Positions 54,615 to 63,700 of a stretch of 64,000 bases of DNA are shown piece after piece. The stretch is from a virus (Duplodnaviria; Caudoviricetes): IMG/VR virus record IMGVR_UViG_3300034062_005626. One strand, 5' to 3'. Every line of letters starts with the position of its first letter. The first letter of the stretch is position 1. Under the pieces are notes generated by a model. The model did no database searches, was not told the origin of the DNA, and saw only the letters and a program-made list of their open reading frames with translations. Both the position numbers and the translations under genes were made by a program.

Positions 54615-55994
54615 TTAAGATTGTTGTTCTTTTTGCTTTTTCTTTTCTAAAAGCTCTTTGATTCTATTTTTGTTTCTTTCTTCTTTTTGTTCTTCCAAAC
54701 CTAAGAAAGTCATACTTTGTTCTGTGTCTATTTCTAACATTCCGTTGTCAAATTTACAGTTTTCAAAAACAACACCGTCTTTACCAATTCTTGATTTGGT
54801 AATGGCGATTGTTGCCAAATTCATTTCTTTCTGTTGTAGACTCTTGGCCACTGTAATGATTACGTGACCTACCTGAGCCTTTTTAATTGACCCACCCATT
54901 TGGTCTGTTGTAACCACTTCTGACGAAATCGAATTACGATTTCCTTGTGTTGCGGTCCAACCTGCGATGTCCAACTCATGACACATAGCCTCAAACCCTC
55001 TCATTACTGAACCTTCACTTTTCCATTCATCACCCAACATTTTGTCAGGAACAACACAGTCAATGTAATCTAAAATAATCATATCGACTCTAGTTCCTTC
55101 AGCCATCATCTTTCTAACCTGATTTTTGATTTGATTCATAGTCACAGTATCGGAAGGTAGTTTTTTAATAATTAACTTATTTTTCATAGTTTCCTTAATG
55201 TGTTTTACCTTCGCCATAACTTCATCTCTATATTCAGACATGTCATCAGGATGAATCCCGGTCCAAAGCGTAAAGTGTTTTCTTTGGATAATTTTTGGGT
55301 TGTCTTCAAAAAATATTTGAAGAACGTTGTATCCCAAGTTGAATGCGTGGTTTGCAATTTTTGTAGTGAAAGTTGACTTACCAACACCCGTTGGTGCCAA
55401 AATAACACCAATCTCTCCCTTAGCTAAACCACCTTTCAATAGGTTGTCAATACCCGCAACCCCAATTGGAATTGGGTGTCTGTAATCGTCGTTTAGAACC
55501 TCTTCAAGGTTGAAGAAAACGTCGGTTGTTCCTTTATCGACCTCACCAACTTGTAATGCTCCTCTTACCATTTCTTCTAAGTGGTCATAACTTTCAAAAT
55601 CACCCTTATCGATAATTGATTGTGCTTTAGTCATAACCTTCTGTAATTCTTGTTGTTTACAGAATTTTAATGACTTTTCTTGAACAAATAATGAACCGTC
55701 ATCAGACACATCTTTTACTTGTTGTAATGTATCCAAAACGCTCTTTTGAGCCATCGGAGAAGATATTTCTGACTTTGTAAGTTGTTCTAATGTATCAAAT
55801 GTTGGAGTATGTTCATACTTTGAATAGAACTCCTTAATCATTTGACAAATAATACGAAAATATTGGTTGTCAAAATAGTGTGGGTCAATAACTTCAAGAA
55901 TGGAATTTGAGAAATCTTTATATAAAATAATATTGTTTAATAATTGAATTTGAAAAGTATTTCCTAAGTATCCGAAGTTTTTTTTGTCTGACAT
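54615..55994 (-). CDS. dnaB: Replicative DNA helicase (DnaB/gp41-like)
   Basis: APTGVGKST Walker A, ILDYID Walker B, TATQGNR, KSRIG. Confidence 0.9.
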   Translation of the reverse strand: MSDKKNFGYLGNTFQIQLLNNIILYKDFSNSILEVIDPHYFDNQYFRIICQMIKEFYSKYEHTPTFDTLEQLTKSEISSPMAQKSVLDTLQQVKDVSDDGSLFVQEKSLKFCKQQELQKVMTKAQSIIDKGDFESYDHLEEMVRGALQVGEVDKGTTDVFFNLEEVLNDDYRHPIPIGVAGIDNLLKGGLAKGEIGVILAPTGVGKSTFTTKIANHAFNLGYNVLQIFFEDNPKIIQRKHFTLWTGIHPDDMSEYRDEVMAKVKHIKETMKNKLIIKKLPSDTVTMNQIKNQVRKMMAEGTRVDMIILDYIDCVVPDKMLGDEWKSEGSVMRGFEAMCHELDIAGWTATQGNRNSISSEVVTTDQMGGSIKKAQVGHVIITVAKSLQQKEMNLATIAITKSRIGKDGVVFENCKFDNGMLEIDTEQSMTFLGLEEQKEERNKNRIKELLEKKKQKEQQS

Positions 55995-56032
55995 ATTCTG
56001 TATTTTTTTTTCTTTGTATATGATAAATATGA

Positions 56033-56485
56033 CTAAGCCAACGAATAATTAAGGTAATTATAAGATAAATTTTTATCTGAAAAAATGTCAGTTAAGTCTT
56101 TTAATATCGTTTTTATCGTTGGTCGTATATCCAGGGTATATCTAGCCTTTGGTGGGTATACTTTAGCGTCGATGATGGTATGACAAATTGTCTCATTTCC
56201 AATTCGAATAATCAAATTAAAAACTTCCGGACCATCAGTATTTGATGTGTCTAAGATAGATGGGTCTTCTTCAATTTGGAACCGATTTTCCAACATATAG
56301 AAAACTGATTTGTTTCTTAGTTTTGTTTTTAACTCTTCTGACAATGATTTCATGTAGTTCAATAACTCAATACTATTTTTAGCCTTTTGGTTAATGTTTC
56401 TTACATTGAAAAAACGTTGTACAACGAAGTTGTCATTTAATGTAATTAGAAATTCAACTTTAGTAATGTCCTGATTTTCTTTCAT
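56033..56485 (-). CDS. Hypothetical protein
   Basis: 150 aa in the replication operon. Confidence 0.8.
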   Translation of the reverse strand: MKENQDITKVEFLITLNDNFVVQRFFNVRNINQKAKNSIELLNYMKSLSEELKTKLRNKSVFYMLENRFQIEEDPSILDTSNTDGPEVFNLIIRIGNETICHTIIDAKVYPPKARYTLDIRPTIKTILKDLTDIFSDKNLSYNYLNYSLA

Positions 56486-56489
56486 AATT

Positions 56490-57497
56490 TTAGTTTTTTG
56501 TTTTAAATTTTGTTTTTTCTTTTCTTGTTAACTTTAAAAATGGTTTTAAAAAATAAATCCAATTATCATCTGTTTTTGGTAGGTACTTAAATAACCCGTC
56601 TTCCATCATCATACGTATTAGGTTTTTGTATCCCCTACCGTCAGGGTCCAATGATTCTGAATAATATGCCCTAACCAAATCTTTACCTTCTTGATTTATT
56701 AGTGGTTTATCTAAATCAATTAGTTTTTTATTAATCACATAATATTCATCACCAAATATACCTTCTTTTGTTTTACCAGACAAAAGATTTTGTAATGATT
56801 TGTTGTCTTTATTTTCTTTAAGGAGTTCCTCCCCTTTCGATAAAATATCGGATAATTCCACTTCTTTTTCAAGTAGCTCAGGAAAAAACTTAATTAAAGT
56901 CTTTTCACCTAAATAAAAAATACCGTCGATATTATCAGATGAATCGCCTGTAAGGATTTTAATTGTTTTGACATTATAATGGGGAACTTCAAAATCACTC
57001 ATTTTGATAGTATCCCCCATCTTATAATATCTTTTTGTGGATGGTGAATAGATAGAAACCTTTTCAGATATAAGTTGTGTAAGGTCTCTATCACTTGAGA
57101 AAATTGTTTTATTCTCGTCTTCAGAAATTTGACAGTAATACGCAATTAAATCATCCGCTTCTGAATTTTCAACTTCAAGTTGTCTAACAAACATCTCTTC
57201 AAGATATTGTTTAACTCGTTGTTTTTGTTCTTCATAAGAATCTTGTTTAATCTCATTAGAATCGTTTCTACGGTTTAATTTATACTTGGGGTATATCAAC
57301 CTTCTCTGTGATGAGTTCGTGTCACTATCCCAAAATACTACAACTTTATTATAGTTGTTCTCCTCTAAAAACTTTCTTAAAGTATTCAAAAAGTGCCAAA
57401 TGGCCCCAATATGTTTTCCTTTGTGGAAATAATCTTTCACTCCATGAAAACCAATTTTCATCAAATTGTTTCCATCAACCAATAAGGTTTTTGTCAC
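56490..57497 (-). CDS. 5'-3' exonuclease / flap endonuclease (PolA N-terminal or T4 RNase H-like)
   Basis: LLVDGNNL, YKLNR, EADDLIA, SSDRDLTQL, GDSSDNIDG. Confidence 0.92.
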   Translation of the reverse strand: MTKTLLVDGNNLMKIGFHGVKDYFHKGKHIGAIWHFLNTLRKFLEENNYNKVVVFWDSDTNSSQRRLIYPKYKLNRRNDSNEIKQDSYEEQKQRVKQYLEEMFVRQLEVENSEADDLIAYYCQISEDENKTIFSSDRDLTQLISEKVSIYSPSTKRYYKMGDTIKMSDFEVPHYNVKTIKILTGDSSDNIDGIFYLGEKTLIKFFPELLEKEVELSDILSKGEELLKENKDNKSLQNLLSGKTKEGIFGDEYYVINKKLIDLDKPLINQEGKDLVRAYYSESLDPDGRGYKNLIRMMMEDGLFKYLPKTDDNWIYFLKPFLKLTRKEKTKFKTKN

Positions 57498-57518
57498 TTT
57501 TTTTGTTTTTAATTGTTA

Positions 57519-58526
57519 CTACTCTACTTCTTCTTTTTCTGCTTTCAAATCAAAGTCACCATCAACTCCGATTATTTCCTTCCAATACTCGGCATATTCT
57601 TTTTTGTATTGTTCGATTGATGCCTTTTCTTCGGAAGCTTCTTTTCCTGGTAAGAACCCGTGTGGTGTTACGATAATCTTCCCATCTTCAAAACCAAGTC
57701 CGTTGATGTGATTTTTCATAACAGACACCTTAGTTCTTGATGCAAACTTCACAGTTCTCTTATCTTTAGTTGCTGTAATTTTTGTTGTACCAGCTCCTTT
57801 TTGATTTCCAAATAAGAATACTAATGAAGAGTTCAACCAAATCGCCTCACCACCTTTTGCCTTAATTTTAGGCTGTCCAAATGGATTGTCAGGTAATTCA
57901 ACCCAAGGTTGATTAACAATTATTAGGGTGTTTTCGTATTTAGAGTCTGCTTTACGTGAACCTGAAATACGTTGGTTAATACCCATACCAATCTTGTCGG
58001 CCAAAACACTTGCATTGTGTTGTTTACCTCCTTTACCTTCGTAAGTCATTTTACAAGGAACAGAACCTACTGAGTCCCACATAATACACAATGAATAATC
58101 TAAATCACCCTTTTCTTGTGCGTCTAATAAATCATTGATGTAATCTGTGATTTGTTCAATATAATCAAAGTTATTATTGAATATATAAAACCCGTCCCAC
58201 TCTAATTCTCCAGTTTCTGTATCAACAACTTCCTCACATTCAAACCCCATTAACTTAGCGTGGTCAAACGACCATTTTTGTTCGGTGATGATAAATACAG
58301 GTAAAATACCTTTCTTCTGAGCATCAACCGCAGTTTTAACTAGTGCCGTTGTCTTACCTGTGTCTGAATGTCCTAAGAACATATTGATGTGTCCCATAGC
58401 AGGACCAGGTAGACCAACAGCATCCAAAAACGGAGCACCAAGGTCAAAGAATCTTTGTGGTTTATATTTTGCAGATGTGGAAAACTTTTTTTTCAAAGAC
58501 CCAAAGTCATTCTTCTTAATAGCCAT
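57519..58526 (-). CDS. recA: RecA/UvsX-like recombinase
   Basis: GHSDTGKT Walker A, ITEQK, WDSVG, IVNQ, KAKGG. Confidence 0.88.
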   Translation of the reverse strand: MAIKKNDFGSLKKKFSTSAKYKPQRFFDLGAPFLDAVGLPGPAMGHINMFLGHSDTGKTTALVKTAVDAQKKGILPVFIITEQKWSFDHAKLMGFECEEVVDTETGELEWDGFYIFNNNFDYIEQITDYINDLLDAQEKGDLDYSLCIMWDSVGSVPCKMTYEGKGGKQHNASVLADKIGMGINQRISGSRKADSKYENTLIIVNQPWVELPDNPFGQPKIKAKGGEAIWLNSSLVFLFGNQKGAGTTKITATKDKRTVKFASRTKVSVMKNHINGLGFEDGKIIVTPHGFLPGKEASEEKASIEQYKKEYAEYWKEIIGVDGDFDLKAEKEEVE

Positions 58527-58747
58527 TACAGTTCGTAAATTTTAAAGTTTTTAATAGTTTCCAACTTGTCGTTTGCGTTAGTTAGTTGTTCAACCAAATT
58601 ATCCATTTCTTCGGTGTGTTGTGGGTGCTCACCAATTCCTACAGGGTTTGTAAAATATACATATAATCTTGCCTCAGCATCTGCAATTTCAGACTCGTAT
58701 TTTTTCACAAGAGCATCTTTTAATTTTTCTGCTAAAAATGTGTTCAT
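58526..58747 (-). CDS. Hypothetical protein
   Basis: 73 aa; NPVGIGEHP motif. Confidence 0.75.
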   Translation of the reverse strand: MNTFLAEKLKDALVKKYESEIADAEARLYVYFTNPVGIGEHPQHTEEMDNLVEQLTNANDKLETIKNFKIYEL

Positions 58748-58772
58748 TTTTTAATTTTTTAAAGTTAATAAA

Positions 58773-58799
58773 AATCGGGCTTAGGTGTAAAGCCCGATT
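58773..58799 (-). terminator. Intrinsic terminator after the SSB gene
   Basis: AATCGGGCT...AGCCCGATT stem. Confidence 0.7.
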
Positions 58800-58813
58800 A
58801 TGTTTTTTTTGAT

Positions 58814-59668
58814 TTAGAATGGTAAATCTTCTGATGGTTCTTCGTTTGCTTGTGGGTCAACAACAGGTGTTGTTTCTTGTTTTGAACCTCCAAGTGAAAT
58901 TTCAGCAGCTTCACCGTAAACATATTTTTTAAGTTCAGATGACCACATTGGTGTTTCACCAACTGCAACTGCCTCTAAATATTCTACAGGTTTTTTAGAA
59001 TATACATCATTCCATGTTAATTCATCTTGAATCCATCCTTCCATGATTGCCTTATCCTCATGTAGTGGTTGTGGGTCATCATACATAATAGTTTGGATTA
59101 CTGTGTACTCTTTTCCTTGTGGTGTTTTTGCCTTTGTAAGTTCAATAATTAAATCACGACCTTTTTCGGCATTAGTTACATCACCTTTAGCTTTCCAAAT
59201 AGGTAGGATTTTATCTAAAACACCTTCTTGTTTGTAGTTGTGTTTGAATCTCCAAAACTTAACACCATCTTGTTCATTGTCTCGGTCAATAACTTTTACA
59301 ATGTAAAATAAACGTGAACGGTATTGTGATGCCAATTCTTTGTCTTCTTTTTTACCTGTCGAAATTAATTCGTTATAAACTTCAGTTAATGGTGAACGGT
59401 CGTTGTCGTTTTTCTCGGGGTCATACAACTTAACCCACTGTCCGTTTACTTGGATTTCATGGTACCAAACTTCAACAAATGGTGATGAACCATCTTTTGT
59501 AGGTAAGATACGGATTCTTCGTGATGCGGATTTTTCATTCTTTTGAAGAATTGCGGAAAAATATTTCTTCAATCTGTCTTCTTGAGAAATGTTTGTTTTT
59601 GTGCTGTTGCTCGATGTTGAATTTTTTTCGTACTGAGCAAGTACTGAATCTAATACTGAATTTGCCAT
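58814..59668 (-). CDS. Single-stranded DNA-binding protein (gp32-like)
   Basis: RIRILP...PF...WYH, KFWRF, GRDLII, acidic C-terminus ending EDLPF. Confidence 0.75.
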   Translation of the reverse strand: MANSVLDSVLAQYEKNSTSSNSTKTNISQEDRLKKYFSAILQKNEKSASRRIRILPTKDGSSPFVEVWYHEIQVNGQWVKLYDPEKNDNDRSPLTEVYNELISTGKKEDKELASQYRSRLFYIVKVIDRDNEQDGVKFWRFKHNYKQEGVLDKILPIWKAKGDVTNAEKGRDLIIELTKAKTPQGKEYTVIQTIMYDDPQPLHEDKAIMEGWIQDELTWNDVYSKKPVEYLEAVAVGETPMWSSELKKYVYGEAAEISLGGSKQETTPVVDPQANEEPSEDLPF

Positions 59669-59703
59669 AAATAAATTTTTAATTATTACTCTTTTATCTA
59701 TGA

Positions 59704-59733
59704 AAAATATAAGTGAACTTTCGTTTTTGTCAA
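59704..59733 (-). promoter_or_regulatory. Putative promoter TTGACA-N16-TATATTTT for the replication operon
   Basis: Same spacing as the primase promoter. Confidence 0.55.
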
Positions 59734-59740
59734 ATAAAAA

Positions 59741-59760
59741 AGGGAAGATAATTCTTCCCT
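59741..59760 (-). terminator. Intrinsic terminator
   Basis: AGGGAAGA-loop-TCTTCCCT followed by T5 on the minus strand. Confidence 0.75.
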
Positions 59761-59784
59761 CAAAAATATAATTATGAAAAATAA

Positions 59785-60465
59785 TTAGTAAGTATTTTCA
59801 TCATCATCTTGGTCAAAAATACCAAATGTTTTTTTAACTTCATTAGGTGAATAGTTTTCAACCTCATCTGAAGTTAAGATATATTCTTCTTTCCCTTGTT
59901 TTTCAAAGTCTTCTTTTTTGTCTTCAAAATAATCTGTCAATTTTTGATTATAAGGATAAGAATCAAGTGAACGTAACATCAATTTTTCTTCAGGTGACTT
60001 AGGTCTACTTTTTTCTACTTTACTTTCGATTGAATCAATTTTTGACATTATTTGGTCCATCTGATTTAATTTTGTTTCTAAATCATTCAATTTAGAAAAC
60101 ATACTATCCATGAACTCTTCTTGTTTTGTTTTAATTTCTTCTTGTGTTGTTACTAAATCTGTAATATCTATTTCTTCAGTTCCTTCTTCTTCATCTTTTT
60201 TTGTATCAACTTCTTCAACATCAGGGTCTGACTCAACATCTACAGGTTCGGGTATTGCGTCGGCGCCTCCTGCATCAGGTGTGGGTGCTCCTGCGTCAGG
60301 TGCTGGTGGTGTTGCTCCTGCATCAGGCGCGGGTGCTCCTGCGTCAGGTGCGGGTGGAGCTCCTGCTGCGTCAGGTGCTGGTGGTGCAACTTCTTGTTCA
60401 TTAATATATCCTGTAATTTGGTTAAAACGTTTTAACTCTTCTAAAATTTGTCTTTCTATACTCAT
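59785..60465 (-). CDS. Putative head-associated protein with APDAGA repeats and coiled coil
   Basis: QILEELKRF...YINEQ N-terminus; Pro/Ala repeat; acidic region. Confidence 0.6.
   Translation of the reverse strand: MSIERQILEELKRFNQITGYINEQEVAPPAPDAAGAPPAPDAGAPAPDAGATPPAPDAGAPTPDAGGADAIPEPVDVESDPDVEEVDTKKDEEEGTEEIDITDLVTTQEEIKTKQEEFMDSMFSKLNDLETKLNQMDQIMSKIDSIESKVEKSRPKSPEEKLMLRSLDSYPYNQKLTDYFEDKKEDFEKQGKEEYILTSDEVENYSPNEVKKTFGIFDQDDDENTY
60265..60385 (-). repeat. Coding 21-27 bp repeats (APDAGA)
   Basis: gctcctgc(a/g)tcagg units x5. Confidence 0.85.
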
Positions 60466-60467
60466 TT

Positions 60468-60692
60468 TTACCCATTTAATAATGTTTTAACCCCTTGTGG
60501 AGTTTCGACTTTTAATGTTCTATTTGTTTTCATAGTATTGTCAACTCTTTCAATTAGACCATCTTTCATTCTAATTGTATAACAATCACCAGTTTCCAAA
60601 TCACAAACTTCTTGATACCCATTACCCTTATCTCTTTGTGTAATTTTTGTATCTTTTCTTAGATAATTATCTAATAACATTTTTATTTCCAT
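60468..60692 (-). CDS. Hypothetical protein
   Basis: 74 aa; TATTTATA at 60704-60711. Confidence 0.7.
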   Translation of the reverse strand: MEIKMLLDNYLRKDTKITQRDKGNGYQEVCDLETGDCYTIRMKDGLIERVDNTMKTNRTLKVETPQGVKTLLNG

Positions 60693-60716
60693 AGTTTTTT
60701 TTATATAAATATTATG

Positions 60717-63700
60717 TTATGGGAAAAATATACCATAACTATTTTTAAATTGGACAAAATATCTATTATAAATATCTTGTATGTCGGGGAACGACGAATT
60801 TACTTTGTCATTTTTTCTAGTTATAAAATCATTGGTTGTACTTGGTAAATTAACGTAGGCACCTACTCCACCTCCAGGACTAACAAATCTTCCTTCAAAC
60901 CAAAATAAAGTAAATAACGTATAGGCTTCTGCATATTTTTCAACATCTGTGGTATTTGTACTGAAAGTTTTTAGTTGTTCTATAATAGGTAAAAAACTTT
61001 GAACTTGAGCATGTATAAATTGTGTTGGTACTACAAAGTCTGAGAACGATGCATAAGGTCTAGATGATGTATCATTTTCTAATGCCGTTGTTAAACACAC
61101 TTGTTGGGATATAAGAGCATTTAAATCTGCAGTATAGTTGTTTGAAGTTGATATTTCATATAGATTATAATTTGGTGGATTACAAACAACTTGGTCAATT
61201 TTATTATTTATTCTAGTAAATGCAATACCAAAATAAAGAGGTCGTAATTTTTCTTGGGCCGCTGGAATATTTGTCGTTAATAAAGTTTTTAAATCTTCAA
61301 CCGTTATTGGTGTTATATTAATTCCAACAAATGGTGTAGTTGTAAACGTCGTCGCAGAAAGACAAATATTTTCAGGACTTTGTAACGCGCCAGGTTGTAC
61401 CGTACCTTGTTGTGTGTTTACATTTGTAATTGGTTCAGTTGTCTTAACTTCTTTTAATATCAATTCTTTGTATGCGTTTATATAATTTTGATTGACTGTG
61501 TCTAATAGACTATTTGGTTGTGGTAAACTATATCTTGATATTCTTGGACCTGAAAAAGTTGTGGAAAAACTAGTTTGAGTAATTCTATGTGATAGTGATA
61601 AAACCATGTAAGGTCCATAGAATAATGGTACATGTCTTAAGTTGAAGTACATAGTCGGTTGAATCATGGCATTACCCATCATTTCTATTTCAACATTATA
61701 ACTTCTACTTTTATATATACTATAAAGTGAAACGGATTGTTGAGCCACTTTGTCTCCTGAAACAGATGCTCCTAATTGTGCAAACATTTTATTTGATTCT
61801 GCAGTGTTTTTCTTTTCAGACATATCTACTTTAACACTTTTAAAAATACTTTGGTTTTGAGTTCCGTAATCAACGCTAAAACCTACTACTCTATTTTTTT
61901 TAGAGTAGTCTTCCTCGGGGTTAGATGGTACTCTTAATGGGTTGTCTGAAGATTTTCTTATATCAAATGTATCACTTGCAAACTTTGAAAATGAAGAATT
62001 ACTTGCAACAAACTCTGACGGTTTACCTGTATAAAGTAATAAAAATTTTGGAGATGCCTTTAAATAATCAACATCCAAAAAAGTTCCAAACAATGTTTCA
62101 GTTGCATCCACAGGTAATGGTGTACTTTTCGCCACCGCCTGCTGTATACCGTAAAAATTAACGTATGCTGGTAAAGCAAAGAAAACCATGTTGTTTTGCG
62201 AACATATTTGAGATATTAATGATAAATAATTTTGGTTGTCGTTTGATTTTAAATAACCTTTGATTTTTTCTAAGTCAATTGTAAACTCATCACCAATATC
62301 TCTACCAGCCTTGTCTTGAAATAAAAAATCTTCAAATATTGTTTTATTTAAAAAATCAGTACCAGAAATCCATTTATCATTCATTGTTTTTAAAATGGAA
62401 TATGTATCTAACTTATTAACATTACCTGAAGTTGTATTTTTGATTGTTGTTGTGTTAGTTGTTGTTGTAGGTAAATCAGTATTCAATCTATTGAAAGTCT
62501 GTGTTAAATTTTCAGCATTAAAATTTTGTTGTTGTAATAAAAAATTATTAATTGCTTGTTGGAATTTTAATTTATTTAAAGTTGCATCTTCAGATTTTTG
62601 TTTTGCAAATAATCTAATTAGTGGGAATAATGCTTCAACGTTTGCCTCTGTAAACTCAATATCCATTCCATTATTTGCCGTAAAAAAATCTGTAATTACA
62701 CTCCCCGTATCTGTATATTGGAATGGTGTTTGGTTAAAAACTCCCACATATTTTCTAAGAGAGTTCCACGCATCTCTGTTGTTTGCAATACTTGTTGCTA
62801 ATGTAGGTGAACCGACTGTTCCGTCACCAGGTAAGGAACCAGGTATATATGGATTAAGAGTTAAAGGGTTTAAAGGTTGGAATGTAGGATTGTTACTTAT
62901 ATAATTAAAAACTCTTCGTTTAAAATTACCGGGGTTACCCATTTTAAGAACACATTCAAAATTTAAAAAATCTACAACTTTTGGAAAAAAGTTAGATATT
63001 TGTTTTTCCGCCAAAAGTAAACCATCTTGTGATTCATCGTTTAGTAATGTCACGCTATTTTTTGGCACCATAAATAAGGATTCCATTTGATTGAAAAGTC
63101 GTTTTTCTGTCACATTTCTAACTGAACCAGGATTAGTATAGTTAGAGTTTGTTTGTTCTTCATTTAAAATTAAATCAGATACTGCCGGTGTTGGGTTACA
63201 AAAGTTTAAGAATAAATTTTCAAACTTATCTAAAATTTCTGGTTCAAATACCGCAAATATTTCTTCTATATTAGAATATGTTGATTGTGCATTTTTTAAT
63301 TCGAAACTTAAATTTTTACTGTTGTTCGTGTAAACAACTTTTAAATATTCATTAAATGCTGGTTTTTTAATTAAAGAATTTTTAAAATAACCAAACTGTG
63401 ATACACCCCAAAGTGGTCTAACACTTCCATTATAAACTGCCTTGTTATTAAAAACTTCTTCTTTAATTTTATTTGTCGCATCAAAACATTCAAAATTCAT
63501 TTGGTTTATATTGATTCCCCCTGTTGATGGGATTAACAAAAACTTTTGATTGCTTTCGGGATTATCAAAATAGGCGTAGTAATTTTTGTTCACAAACGCT
63601 CTGTTTGGATTTTGTAAATCAAATCCAAAGTTGTAGAATTTTCCTGAAGTTGAGTTTGTACCTATTTTTAAACCTACTGTATTATACGCATCTAAAAAAG

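Noticed and set aside
51219-58526. Inteins or group I introns in nrdA, nrdB, helicase or recA
   Set aside because: The ORFs are continuous, of normal length, and show no splicing or homing-endonuclease motifs
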